A DNA stretch of 64,000 nt. It comes from a virus (taxonomy: Duplodnaviria; Caudoviricetes). Both the position numbers and the translations under genes were made by a program. The stretch is from positions 541 to 64,540 of IMG/VR virus record IMGVR_UViG_3300047189_000056. The stretch is one strand, 5' to 3'. Under the pieces are notes generated by a model that was given only the letters and a program-made list of their open reading frames with translations, was not told where the DNA came from and did no database searches. Shown here piece after piece: positions 29,755 through 39,572 of this stretch (position 1 is its first letter; each line of letters starts with the position of its first letter).

Positions 29755-29879
29755 TGGCAAGAACTGTAGTCTCTACAGATAATCCAATAACGGTTAAGCA
29801 TCAATCTACTGGAGTAAAGAAGAGGAAAATTAGGTCGTTCTCTAACTTTAGGAAAGCAAGGAGAAAACGGTATGGCTAA
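29754..29879 (+). CDS. 41-aa basic peptide whose N-half resembles the capsid protein N-terminus
   Basis: TAATG coupling to portal, SD GGGAG; MARTVVSTDNPITVKHQSTGVKKRKIRSFSNFRKARRKRYG. Confidence 0.7.
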   Translation: MARTVVSTDNPITVKHQSTGVKKRKIRSFSNFRKARRKRYG

Positions 29880-30051
29880 AAAATGGATCCAAGCGGCCAC
29901 GGCAAAGATGAAAGCTAAAGGGACATTGGGATCATTTGGTAAAGCGACAACTTCGAAGATTTCTGCTGGTAAGAAAGCCGGTGGAGTGGAAGCCAAGAAA
30001 GCTCAGTTTGCTGCCAATATGAAGAAGATTGCTCAAAGAAAGAAAGGATGA
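29872..30051 (+). CDS. 59-aa basic protein (AKKWIQ-type small phage protein)
   Basis: SD AAGGAG; MAKKWIQAATAKMK...KKAQFAANMKKIAQRKKG. Confidence 0.75.
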   Translation: MAKKWIQAATAKMKAKGTLGSFGKATTSKISAGKKAGGVEAKKAQFAANMKKIAQRKKG

Positions 30052-30120
30052 TCCTAAACCTCTCGGGAAAGTAGAGGTAGGAAATAAACGCCACCCCTGG
30101 CGATAGAAGGGAGAAACAGC

Positions 30121-31134
30121 ATGGAAGAACATCAGTTGGATTTGGATTTATTGTCAGAAGAAGAGGCAAGCGCCCTAAAACAAATTCCTCCAATCGGTGA
30201 CGAACCGGAGACGACACCCGATGAAGAAAAGGTCGAAATTGTGGAGCCGTCACCTCCCGAAAAGAAGATTGAGGAACTTCCGAAAGAGCCACCTCTTGTA
30301 AAGGTAGAAGAACCCCCACCAGTCGTAAAGGAAGAGAAGCCGCCCACGATCGACGGCATTATCGCCAAAGACGGCAAGAACTTCATCCCTTTCTCTGTCT
30401 TGGAAGAGGAGAGGACGAAACGGCAAGATGCCGAAACGAGAAGGCAGCAACTCGAAGTTGAGGTTGCTGAATTGAAGAAACCTAAACCTGCTGAACCCGT
30501 AAGGGAACCCGAGAAGAAAGTTGAAGTCCCTCCGCCTCCACCGATCGACTTCAAGGCCATGGGGAAGAAACTCTATGAGTCTGAAGATGGTGCGGCTGAG
30601 GTTCTACAACAGATGTTTCAGGCTGGAGTAACGGCCGGTAAAGAATCTGGGGCTACGGCAGCGAAGAGTACCAGTATGGAGTTGGATTTCAAAAAGGAAG
30701 TCGAAAGGATCAAGGGCGCCAACCCCTGGATTGCTGGAGATCCTATTGTGGAGGGAGTGTTATTTAACAGGGCCCTTCAGATTATGGATGAACGCAAGAT
30801 TCCTCAGGATGATCTTGGTGGGATGGTAAAGGCTGCCGAGGATGCGGTTGCTGAGGGAAGGAAGAAATTTAGGGTTGATGACCCCAAGATCGATCTGCAG
30901 GTTGAAATCGATAAGGCAGTCAAGGCGGCAGTAGAAAAGAACACCAAAGAGGTCTTGGCCAAATTCAATATCAAGGAGCCAGACGCTGTAACTCTGGCTA
31001 ATGTTAGAAATCTTAACCCAGAAATTACCTCTAAGTTCGATGAAATCGACACAAAGGTCGGCATCGATTTTGAGGAAGCTTATGGACTACTCACGCCAGA
31101 GGAAAGGGATGCGTATCTTAGACGTACTGCTTAA
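30121..31134 (+). CDS. Capsid scaffolding protein
   Basis: Acidic Pro/Glu-rich, IP..VL.EER.KRQ motif, directly before MCP. Confidence 0.8.
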   Translation: MEEHQLDLDLLSEEEASALKQIPPIGDEPETTPDEEKVEIVEPSPPEKKIEELPKEPPLVKVEEPPPVVKEEKPPTIDGIIAKDGKNFIPFSVLEEERTKRQDAETRRQQLEVEVAELKKPKPAEPVREPEKKVEVPPPPPIDFKAMGKKLYESEDGAAEVLQQMFQAGVTAGKESGATAAKSTSMELDFKKEVERIKGANPWIAGDPIVEGVLFNRALQIMDERKIPQDDLGGMVKAAEDAVAEGRKKFRVDDPKIDLQVEIDKAVKAAVEKNTKEVLAKFNIKEPDAVTLANVRNLNPEITSKFDEIDTKVGIDFEEAYGLLTPEERDAYLRRTA

Positions 31135-31169
31135 TTCCTTTGGTGTGAAAACCAAAGGAGGAACATAAG

Positions 31170-32294
31170 ATGCCTAGAACAATTATTGCAACCGGTGACG
31201 GCATTACCGTAAAACATTACAGTGCCGCCATGTTCATGGAATGTATCCCTCAGAGCTTTTTCCTCTCCAAGTTTTTAGGGAAAGCCAAGAGGGTTGATAA
31301 ACAAAGAACCCAGACAGACCCCGACTATCCTATCCAGATCATCACAGATTTGGAGAACGATTCTGGGGACGGAATTTCTTATGACCTCTTCACTCGCGCC
31401 AAAGGGCAGGGCATTGAAGGCGACAATGTTCTGAGGGGGAATGAAGAGAAACTGGTCTGGTATACGGATACCGTTTTGATCGACCAACTCCGTCATGGGA
31501 TGGACTGTGGTGGAAAGATGACCCGCAAGCGGACCCGTCATAACCTCCGGGATGTTGCCAAAAGCAATCTCTCCGGATGGTGGGCGGAGCGGTTCGACGA
31601 ACTCTTTTTCATGTATCTGACCGGAGAGAGGGGGGATGATACGAGTATTTGGGTGCTCCCAGATACCTACGCTTCATTCGCAGGAAATACGCTTACCGCC
31701 CCTGATGCCACAAAGGACATCTATGCAGGAGATGCAACCACGACCGCAGATCTGGATGCAGCCGATACCTTCACCCTTGATCTGATCGACGATGCCGTGG
31801 CCATGGCTGACCTCAGTACTCCTCTTATGAGGAGATGCAAGGTCGGAGGTCAGACCTTCCGGGCCGTCCTGGTTCTTCATCCCTACTGTGTCCGAGATCT
31901 TCGAACGAATACGGCAACAGGACAGTGGTTGGATATTCAGAAAGCAGCGGGGATTAGAGGTCCCCAGAACCCGATTTTCTCTGGTGATGATTTTATCGGT
32001 GTCTACAATGGTGTGGCGATCTTTAAGCACCCGAAGGTTGTCCTGCATGATGACTGGGGTGGTGCTGCGGTGGCCGGTGCAAGGAACATCATGCTCTTTG
32101 CCCAGGCCGGAGTTTTGGCATTCGGTTCTCCCGGTAACGGACTCCGCTTCACATGGCATGAGGAAATGGAAGACCGGGACAATGTGCAGGTGATCGATAC
32201 CGGGTCAATGTTCGGAGTGAAGGCGGCAATCTTCAGCTCGAAGTTTTTTGGTGTGATCACGATTGCAGCCGGGGCTTCTTCGAGCAGATCGTAA
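31170..32294 (+). CDS. Major capsid protein (N4-gp56/DUF4043-like)
   Basis: DLE...GD.I..DL, G..GD..L.G.EE.L, IDQLRH, R.RT.H.LR, W.D.QK.A, NPIF.G. Confidence 0.9.
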   Translation: MPRTIIATGDGITVKHYSAAMFMECIPQSFFLSKFLGKAKRVDKQRTQTDPDYPIQIITDLENDSGDGISYDLFTRAKGQGIEGDNVLRGNEEKLVWYTDTVLIDQLRHGMDCGGKMTRKRTRHNLRDVAKSNLSGWWAERFDELFFMYLTGERGDDTSIWVLPDTYASFAGNTLTAPDATKDIYAGDATTTADLDAADTFTLDLIDDAVAMADLSTPLMRRCKVGGQTFRAVLVLHPYCVRDLRTNTATGQWLDIQKAAGIRGPQNPIFSGDDFIGVYNGVAIFKHPKVVLHDDWGGAAVAGARNIMLFAQAGVLAFGSPGNGLRFTWHEEMEDRDNVQVIDTGSMFGVKAAIFSSKFFGVITIAAGASSSRS

Positions 32295-32338
32295 TTAGAA
32301 CCGGAAACGGTTTAAGTCTGACAAAGGAGGTTTACAAA

Positions 32339-32764
32339 ATGACTCTTTATTCCAAACAAGCTAAAAGTTGGTCTCCCGTCAGGGAGTCCGATGCAGGAAA
32401 TCTTCAGTGTGTCATTGGATATGTGGCCGCTGCAGATGTAATGAATATTGTCCAGAACGACGTCTGCGAGATGGTGAAGGTTCCAGTCGGGGCAGTCATT
32501 GTTGATTGCTTGTTAGATATCCCTAATGTGGGAGCCAATGTCAATGTGTCGGTTGGTGATAGTGATGGCGTAGCCTATCTCATCGCCGTACAAGCTGGTT
32601 CTACGGCTGCATTGGTGAGAAGGAACGTTACGGGTTCAGGAGTCCCTAAGCAGTATGCCATAGAGGACACGGTTGACGTTAAGTTTACTAACGCCGACCC
32701 AACCAACAACGTTGCGTTCAGTCTCTATGTGATGTATGTCTGTGGAATTGATTTGACTCCATAA
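32339..32764 (+). CDS. Capsid cement/decoration protein
   Basis: Follows MCP; D...M.KVP.GA.I.D, VGD jelly-roll pattern. Confidence 0.7.
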   Translation: MTLYSKQAKSWSPVRESDAGNLQCVIGYVAAADVMNIVQNDVCEMVKVPVGAVIVDCLLDIPNVGANVNVSVGDSDGVAYLIAVQAGSTAALVRRNVTGSGVPKQYAIEDTVDVKFTNADPTNNVAFSLYVMYVCGIDLTP

Positions 32765-32802
32765 GTATTTGATTTAATTAGGTTTTTATACTCCGGAGGG
32801 AT

Positions 32803-33321
32803 TTATTCTCTCCGGAGTAGGAACCTGTCATGCTCATATTTAGTTTTGCATTTTACATGATAGGCTTCGCGTTTTGGTTTTAGATGGAGATTTTTGGGAT
32901 GATCCCATTTTTTGCAGATCCAGCACTTTCTCCAATCGGCATGGCCGCAGGTCTTGTAGGCCCTATACCTTCTGTGCAACAAAAGGTGGTAAGCCTGATC
33001 CTGACAGATGACCAATTGGTCAGAAGGAAATTTTGGATGATGGTGAACGGGAATGCTACCTGGAATGGGATGACCGAGGGCTTTAGCGGCTATCAGACGA
33101 TGTTCGTACTCAAGAACTCTTTCGTGAGAGCCGGGTGTGTGAAGAGAAATGATAACTCTTCCGTCCCAAGTAAGTTTTTGTCCTCCCTTATAACAATGGT
33201 GGTGCCTGACAAATCGGCATGGGGTTCCAGCAACGTACCCAAGTTTGTCATTGCGTTGTCGAGCAAGATTCGTCTTTTGTCCACATCCACATTGACAAAA
33301 GCCAGTAGGGATTTTGCTCAT
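32803..33321 (-). CDS. HNH homing endonuclease, antisense
   Basis: CQCGCG, EHRLIA.KALG...VHH, LVIC....YH..LH. Confidence 0.85.
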   Translation of the reverse strand: MSKIPTGFCQCGCGQKTNLARQRNDKLGYVAGTPCRFVRHHHCYKGGQKLTWDGRVIISLHTPGSHERVLEYEHRLIAAKALGHPIPGSIPVHHHPKFPSDQLVICQDQAYHLLLHRRYRAYKTCGHADWRKCWICKKWDHPKNLHLKPKREAYHVKCKTKYEHDRFLLRRE

Positions 33322-33446
33322 TTCCGTTTCGGCTTATCCCAAAGTGCACTTTTACATTTTGGGCACTGCCGGACATCAGATTGTCTTGGAATCCAAAAAT
33401 GGTTACAACGTTTGCAGTTGAGATTTGGAGAAAGTTTTATTTTCAT
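33318..33446 (-). CDS. Small zinc-ribbon protein coupled to the HNH
   Basis: CKRC.H.W.PR...CPKCKS..WD; start uncertain. Confidence 0.65.
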   Translation of the reverse strand: MKIKLSPNLNCKRCNHFWIPRQSDVRQCPKCKSALWDKPKRK

Positions 33447-33805
33447 ATTGAACATAGTATAACGCATAAGGAAGGTACTTGTCAAGTATGGTTCATAACA
33501 CAAGTTCGATGATGAGGTTTGTCAATCAGGGGAACCGGGAATGGGGAATTGCCTTGCATGGTGTTGGGAAAACCCTTGATGAGGCAAAACAGAATATAGC
33601 AAAAGGATACCGGTTCCCCCAGATCCTTTATATGTCCTGTGGTCATCAGATGAGTTTTTTTTCTCCCGAGAAGTTACCGAATCAGAATGTTCCCTGTTCT
33701 TGCGGCAACCCGAATCACTGGATCGTGAAATATGACCTAACTAAACAACCCTTTTACCGGAGGGTGTTCAAAGCCCTCCGGCTATTTTCCTAAAAGGAGA
33801 ACGAG

Positions 33806-34168
33806 ATGGCAGTAACTCTAATTAAGAAGACTACGGAGAGGCCTCTATGCATCCATAGTGACGGAACTTCTTGCTATGTAGGAACCAACAGGGGAAGGAT
33901 TTTGAAGACAACAATCTCTGATGGTACTACGGTCGTATATGCGAGGCTTGCCAATACAAAGGTCACGGCCCTTACCTCGGACGACAGTTATCTCTATGTT
34001 GGAGACAACAAGGGAAGGATTACTCGGATTACGATCAATGCGACTTACTCTCTGAGAGTGAAGTCCGTCCTTGAGGTGAACTTGCATTCCCCTGTTGTTG
34101 GTATCCATCACAACACAGCGACCCGGTATCTTGTGTTGGCAAACGGAAAGGTTGAGAGCCGAGCATAG
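33806..34168 (+). CDS. Short beta-propeller-blade protein
   Basis: Repeated YVGT/D..GRI blades; SD AAGGAG. Confidence 0.6.
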   Translation: MAVTLIKKTTERPLCIHSDGTSCYVGTNRGRILKTTISDGTTVVYARLANTKVTALTSDDSYLYVGDNKGRITRITINATYSLRVKSVLEVNLHSPVVGIHHNTATRYLVLANGKVESRA

Positions 34169-34181
34169 GAAAGGGATTTAT

Positions 34182-34673
34182 TTGGATGTAGAAAAACGTA
34201 GAGAGCGTGAGCGAAAGTACCGTTCTGTTCATAGAAAAGAGATTAACGAAAGAAGACGTAGGCAATATGCTAGGGATCGAGAGCGGATAGCCGAGCATGT
34301 TCGTCAATATCATCTCTCACATCCAGAAAAGAGACCAGCAGCATGGAGTAGATATAAAAATAAAAATGTTGAGAGACTTAGGGATCATTGGTTCAAAAAA
34401 TATAGGGAGAATCCTAATAAATTCCGAGAGAAAGAATTTAAAAGAAAATATAACCTTACGCTTGAAGATATTGATGAAAGGTTAATAAGACAAAATCATC
34501 AATGCCTTCTTTGCGGAAAATCTTTAGTTGAAACAAAAAGATGTATTGACCATAACCACGAAACCGGTAAGGTAAGAGGAATTTTATGTACTCGGTGTAA
34601 TACCGGATTGGGATATTTTAGGGATGATCCAGTATTTCTTAGTCAAGCAATTGCTTATCTTAGTCGGGAGTAA
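34182..34673 (+). CDS. Endonuclease VII-like homing endonuclease
   Basis: Q...C.LC...IDHNHETGKVRGILC..CN.GLG.F.D. Confidence 0.9.
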   Translation: MDVEKRRERERKYRSVHRKEINERRRRQYARDRERIAEHVRQYHLSHPEKRPAAWSRYKNKNVERLRDHWFKKYRENPNKFREKEFKRKYNLTLEDIDERLIRQNHQCLLCGKSLVETKRCIDHNHETGKVRGILCTRCNTGLGYFRDDPVFLSQAIAYLSRE

Positions 34674-34675
34674 TT

Positions 34676-35542
34676 ATGTCTAAAATATTTATCGCCATGC
34701 CCCAGTATCGGCCAATGCCTAGGCATACCGAAAAGGCATTGGCCGAACTGTTTGGAATGGATGGATGGAAACCGATGGGACTCCATCCCATGGTTGGGGC
34801 AAGCATTCTTGATCTCAAGACGACCAAGCACGAGCATATGTTACAAGTCCTTCGGTATGATGGTTTGATCGAGCGTTCTCAGTGTACTCTATTCGGCCAA
34901 TGGCTTCATTACTGGAAGAAAGGAGATAGGTTTGATTATATCCTTCGCCTTGACGAGGACATTGAGTTTCATCCATCTGCTATCCAGAGCATGATAGATG
35001 CTGATAAACCGATCATCGGCGGAGCGTATGCCTACAAAGCTGATAGTGGTAGTAAGTTTAAAAAATCAGTATGCAAGTATCTCCCAGGTCGTAAAGTATC
35101 TGATGAAAAAGGCATTCTCCAAATACTTTGGCTCAATGGAGGATTCCAGTTCTTTCGCTCTGATGCATTGTTCAAGTTGATGGAAGCCTATCCTTCATTA
35201 AGGTACGACAGGGTGCCGGAAGGGGGCTGTGATTGCACGGAAAGTTATGCTCTATGGACAGATATGATTAAGGAAATGGATACGGGAGAGAATAAGATGC
35301 GAATTTTGCTGTCCGAAGACTATGCCATTTGCCAGAGGGCCATAGACATAGGGATAGATATTTATCTTGATATGAAGGTTAACCTCTGCCATTGGGATAC
35401 TCATATTCCAGATCCTGAAGATGAGGATGATTATCTCAGGGCAACTGGATACATGGTAGGTGCAGATCCAATTGTCGTTACAGAAAGAAGTAAACCATGG
35501 AGACAGAACTCTTCGATGCAGACTACTTTGAGCGCGGTCTAG
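34676..35542 (+). CDS. GT-A-fold glycosyltransferase-like protein
   Basis: IFIA.P, LDED (DxD), IIGG.Y, LSEDY..C.R...G...I.LD....L.H. Confidence 0.8.
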   Translation: MSKIFIAMPQYRPMPRHTEKALAELFGMDGWKPMGLHPMVGASILDLKTTKHEHMLQVLRYDGLIERSQCTLFGQWLHYWKKGDRFDYILRLDEDIEFHPSAIQSMIDADKPIIGGAYAYKADSGSKFKKSVCKYLPGRKVSDEKGILQILWLNGGFQFFRSDALFKLMEAYPSLRYDRVPEGGCDCTESYALWTDMIKEMDTGENKMRILLSEDYAICQRAIDIGIDIYLDMKVNLCHWDTHIPDPEDEDDYLRATGYMVGADPIVVTERSKPWRQNSSMQTTLSAV

Positions 35543-36117
35543 CTTCCGGCAAATCGTTGTATGAGAATTACCGTTGGATGCCGTTTGAAACTATTAAAAT
35601 GGCTATTCGCATGATAGATTACCTTGGAATTGTGCCGACGCATTCGATTCTTGATTTTGGGTGCGCTCTCGGGTTTTTGGTGAAAGCTTTTCGCATTTTA
35701 GGATTCGAAGGTTGGGGTTGCGACATTTCTCATTATGCGATTGAATCCTCTGATGGTGTAAGACCATATCTAAAATTATGTGATCAGTCTTTTCCTTTCA
35801 GACAGAGATTCGATTTTGCCATAGCCAAGGATGTTTTTGAACACATTAATGAACCGCAACTTCACCATATTCTTGTAACGTTGCGGAAACATGCAAATGA
35901 AATATTTGCCATTATCCCTTTAGGAGAAAATGGAAAGTTCATCGTTCCCGCTTATCACTTGGATAAAACTCATCGGATTGCCGAGAACGCATGGTGGTGG
36001 AAGACTGAGTTCAGTAAGGCAGAATGGCAAATAGAAAAATTTCGATATAGGGTTGAAGGGATTAAAGACAATTGGGCCGACTACGAAAAAGGTAATGGAT
36101 TCTTCACATTAAGATGA
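35497..36117 (+). CDS. Class I SAM-dependent methyltransferase
   Basis: ILDFGCALG, GCDIS.YA, DVFEH. Confidence 0.88.
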   Translation: METELFDADYFERGLASGKSLYENYRWMPFETIKMAIRMIDYLGIVPTHSILDFGCALGFLVKAFRILGFEGWGCDISHYAIESSDGVRPYLKLCDQSFPFRQRFDFAIAKDVFEHINEPQLHHILVTLRKHANEIFAIIPLGENGKFIVPAYHLDKTHRIAENAWWWKTEFSKAEWQIEKFRYRVEGIKDNWADYEKGNGFFTLR

Positions 36118-37037
36118 TCAATACTTTTACCTCAACTGGATTTAAACTCTATCGACATCCAGAACTTCTTAGTTCCTGGCAACAGGGGCATCCTATTCCT
36201 CATTCCCTTCAGGTAGCGTTGACGGAGAAGTGTAACCTTCATTGTAAGTTTTGCTCGGTAAGGAATCGGGATGGAGGGTTTGTGTTTGATTACAATGATC
36301 TCATTTCCGCAACCGATAAGTTTATTCAATTAGGAACAAAGACAGTCGAGATCACGGGCGGAGGAGAACCGTCATGCTATCCTCATCTTTCCAAATATGT
36401 TCGTTACCTGAAGAATAATGGAATAAAGATAGGTTTGATCACAAATGGAATTGCACTCCGTTTTGTGTTGACGGTGAATGATCTTCAAATGTTAGATTGG
36501 ATACGCATTTCAGCCAACGTCTATGATTATCTTGGAAAAATAAGTATTCCTGAGTTCGATGGAGCATTGGGCTTCAGTTATGTCTGGACTGAGGGAATTT
36601 CTACAGTCAAAACTCTTCAGGAAATCAAAGAGATCGCAATCAAGAATCATGTTGAGTACATCCGTTTAGTCAAAGACTGTTTATCTGACCAAGACGATGA
36701 GCAACTTACCCTGATTGCGGAAGTGGTCGGCCCGCCAATGTTCTATCAGAAAAAGGAATTCAGGACTCCTAGTAAATGTTACTGGGGATATCTCAAACCT
36801 TTCCTCTATTGTGACGAATATATTTATCCCTGTTCGTCAATGGTTCTTAATTCTGATGCAGACAAACAGTTTCATGAATCTTATAGATTGTGCCATTGGT
36901 CAGAAATTGAACAAATCTGGGAAGATCCGGTTAGATCGTTGGTAGATATACGAAAATGCGATCGTTGTGTCTTCACTCAACAGAATGACACATTAGAATA
37001 TTGCCTCAGTATTCAGAGGCATGAGGATTTTATCTAA
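36114..37037 (+). CDS. Radical SAM protein with SPASM/twitch-like C-terminus
   Basis: CNLHCKFC, TGGGEP, ITNG, C...YPC...C..C. Confidence 0.9.
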   Translation: MINTFTSTGFKLYRHPELLSSWQQGHPIPHSLQVALTEKCNLHCKFCSVRNRDGGFVFDYNDLISATDKFIQLGTKTVEITGGGEPSCYPHLSKYVRYLKNNGIKIGLITNGIALRFVLTVNDLQMLDWIRISANVYDYLGKISIPEFDGALGFSYVWTEGISTVKTLQEIKEIAIKNHVEYIRLVKDCLSDQDDEQLTLIAEVVGPPMFYQKKEFRTPSKCYWGYLKPFLYCDEYIYPCSSMVLNSDADKQFHESYRLCHWSEIEQIWEDPVRSLVDIRKCDRCVFTQQNDTLEYCLSIQRHEDFI

Positions 37038-37046
37038 GGAGGCTGT

Positions 37047-37547
37047 ATGGAATCTATAACAGAGGGACTTCAGAAACTTGAAGAAGTGTTAGGTCAGGTC
37101 AGTAGTTTCTTGAGGGAAATGAAAGATAAGGAACGGCTGGCGACTAGACTTCAGTCTAAGATCCTCACTCTGGAAACAAGGAGGTCAGAGCTCGAAGTTT
37201 CCTTAGTCAAAGGGGAAGAGAATTTCCTTGCAGCCCAAAAGAAAAAGGGAGAGGAGATTATCGCTGAGGCTATTAAGAGGGCTGAAGGTAAAACCGCATC
37301 TATTCTGTCAGGCGCGAAAGTTGAACTTGACAATCTGGTTTCTAAGAATGATGGACTGAAGAGGGCGGCAGATCTGAGTAATACTGCCTATCTTCAGAAA
37401 TCGGGCGAGATTAAGGCATCCATCAAAGAACTTGAGGATAAAAGGAATGCCTTAGTTAAAGAAATTGCTCTGTCAACCCAGGCCCGGGATGACCTTCAGA
37501 AACAGATTAACTCTATCAAGGAAAAGGCCTCTGCCATTTTGGGATGA
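37047..37547 (+). CDS. Coiled-coil protein
   Basis: Heptad-rich; SD AAGGAGG. Confidence 0.65.
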   Translation: MESITEGLQKLEEVLGQVSSFLREMKDKERLATRLQSKILTLETRRSELEVSLVKGEENFLAAQKKKGEEIIAEAIKRAEGKTASILSGAKVELDNLVSKNDGLKRAADLSNTAYLQKSGEIKASIKELEDKRNALVKEIALSTQARDDLQKQINSIKEKASAILG

Positions 37548-37795
37548 AAAGAGTAAAGCCGTATCCAGGTCATAAGGTTGCTACAAGTGATGATCCCCTC
37601 GACCAGTATGGGATTTCTGACATTGATACGTCTGGAACAACGGAATATTACGGATACTTAGATAAGGACGGGAATTGGTGCATCATCCAGGTGACAGCGA
37701 CTACAGTGAGGTATAAGGTTGGAACCTCAAACTACACAACTAACTGGACTGGACGTGCGGATCTTGTCTATGGCTATTTTAATGCGGTGTTTTGA
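37544..37795 (+). CDS. Small putative virion protein (paralog of 38999-39241)
   Basis: Y.G..D..GNWCI..VT...GT.NY..N shared. Confidence 0.65.
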   Translation: MKRVKPYPGHKVATSDDPLDQYGISDIDTSGTTEYYGYLDKDGNWCIIQVTATTVRYKVGTSNYTTNWTGRADLVYGYFNAVF

Positions 37796-38295
37796 TGGAC
37801 GACTGTAAATGGATTTGCCCAATTTGCAAGAAAGAAAGAAAAATTACTTATCAACAGTTTTGGAATATAAAAACCAAAAGAAATTCTGGAAATTGTTATA
37901 GTTGTGCGGAAAAGTTGAAAAACCATGACCATTTAAGGCTAACAAGGCCGTGGAATAAAGGATTAAAAGGTTATCGTAAAGGACACCCACCTTCTTTTAT
38001 GGCATACGGGAAGGATAATCCGGCTTGGAAGGGAGGTATAACGCCAATAAATTTAAAAATAAGAAACTCAGAAGAGTATAGGGAGTGGAGAAAAACAATT
38101 TTTGAAAGAGATAATTATACCTGCCAAGAATGTGGGGAAAGGGGTGTAAAGCTACACGTTGATCATATTAAACCATTTTCTTTATTTCCAGATTTAAGAT
38201 TCGAAATTTCTAATGGTAGAACGTTGTGTTTAGGTTGTCATAAAAACACCAATACCTATTTAAGTAGAGTATATAATTATGGCCTACAAATTTAA
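37795..38295 (+). CDS. HNH homing endonuclease
   Basis: PWNKG, NPAWKGG, WR..IFERD.YTC..CG, HVDHIKP, NGRTLC..CH. Confidence 0.9.
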   Translation: MDDCKWICPICKKERKITYQQFWNIKTKRNSGNCYSCAEKLKNHDHLRLTRPWNKGLKGYRKGHPPSFMAYGKDNPAWKGGITPINLKIRNSEEYREWRKTIFERDNYTCQECGERGVKLHVDHIKPFSLFPDLRFEISNGRTLCLGCHKNTNTYLSRVYNYGLQI

Positions 38296-38986
38296 TATTT
38301 TTACAAAGAAGCTTGATTATTATTCCCATGCTGGGATTTTGTCCTACACATTTCTTGGGGTTACGGAAGTTGCTGATCCTGTTGACCCTGGAATTGGAAA
38401 TTTTGTTTTGAATGATGATGGGGTTGACTATCAGTTAGTTATCAGCACAACAGATAAAAATGGCCGTGATCTGGGTTTTGTACTTATGATGTTATGGATG
38501 GTCGGTTGGACATCCATTTATGATATATGGTTTTGGATTCATAGCAAGAGAGATCCAACGCTTTATTATGGACTGTGGATGATGATTGAGGACATAGATA
38601 CAATTGAAGATGAGGATGAAAATGTCCTTGCTTGGATTTTGCCAATGTACCCGTTTTTTGCCAGCACGACCTATGATCCAGAATCAGATGAATATACTTG
38701 GTTCGATATCCCAGTTAACGATGAAGTGGTTCTTTCAATGGATTTTGCGTTTAACCCTGATTACATCGGCTCTATGGGAACACAGGACTCTGATGACGTT
38801 TCAATAACGGGAGGGACAATCAGTACTCCAGTAGATATTTATAGGGCAGAAGGAGTTCCAGTGGTAGACCCAGGATGGGCATCTTCATCAACAATAAATA
38901 TGAATGCTCCAGATGGATACGGCTCATTTACGACTGAAGATGGAACCCCTGTCGTTGTTCCTTATTGGATCAGGGCAGGAGTTTAA
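38279..38986 (+). CDS. Putative virion fibre-related protein
   Basis: YKFN.FT.KLDY N-terminus; GSMGTQD...VSITGGTI fibre-type motif. Confidence 0.5.
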   Translation: MAYKFNIFTKKLDYYSHAGILSYTFLGVTEVADPVDPGIGNFVLNDDGVDYQLVISTTDKNGRDLGFVLMMLWMVGWTSIYDIWFWIHSKRDPTLYYGLWMMIEDIDTIEDEDENVLAWILPMYPFFASTTYDPESDEYTWFDIPVNDEVVLSMDFAFNPDYIGSMGTQDSDDVSITGGTISTPVDIYRAEGVPVVDPGWASSSTINMNAPDGYGSFTTEDGTPVVVPYWIRAGV

Positions 38987-38998
38987 AACGAGATTACA

Positions 38999-39241
38999 AT
39001 GAGAGATGTTGCTTTCGTTAAATGGGTTAAAAGTGATCTGTTACGTGCTTATACATTCACGAATGCGACTGCAGCTGGCGACCCTCAATATTTAGGGTTT
39101 GTGGATCAATCTGGAAATTGGTGCATTATGAAGGTTACTGCATTGGGAGCAAAATTTGCAAAAGGTACTGGAAATTACGCTGCCAACTTTTCAAATTGTG
39201 GGAATCTTGATTACTCATATTATTTTAAACTTTCTTGGTAA
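38999..39241 (+). CDS. Small putative virion protein
   Basis: Paralog of 37544-37795. Confidence 0.6.
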   Translation: MRDVAFVKWVKSDLLRAYTFTNATAAGDPQYLGFVDQSGNWCIMKVTALGAKFAKGTGNYAANFSNCGNLDYSYYFKLSW

Positions 39242-39332
39242 GGCGTAATGGAAACTAAAAGAAAAGACGACTACGATCCGTGGGATATTGTCAATGATGG
39301 TTCCAAGACACTCTCTAGGAGGGAAGTCAGAA

Positions 39333-39536
39333 ATGCCAGAAGCAGAAATCAAGAGGCGGGGGGGAGCGAAAAGGTGGAGAACCCAGAAACTCCCGGGAGG
39401 GAAGTACATTCACTTGGCAGTAGTTCCGAAGCCGGGACCCCGCGGAGGCCACACGATATCGGGACCAGAACACACAAAGAAAAAGGAAAACTTCAATCGG
39501 ATGGCAAAAAGGGGAAGAAAGCAAGGTGGATATTAG
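39333..39536 (+). CDS. Small basic protein
   Basis: SD AGGAGG; MPEAEIKRRGG...GPRGG. Confidence 0.65.
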   Translation: MPEAEIKRRGGAKRWRTQKLPGGKYIHLAVVPKPGPRGGHTISGPEHTKKKENFNRMAKRGRKQGGY

Positions 39537-39572
39537 GGAAGAATGGTAAATACCGTAAAAGGAGGATTAAAG

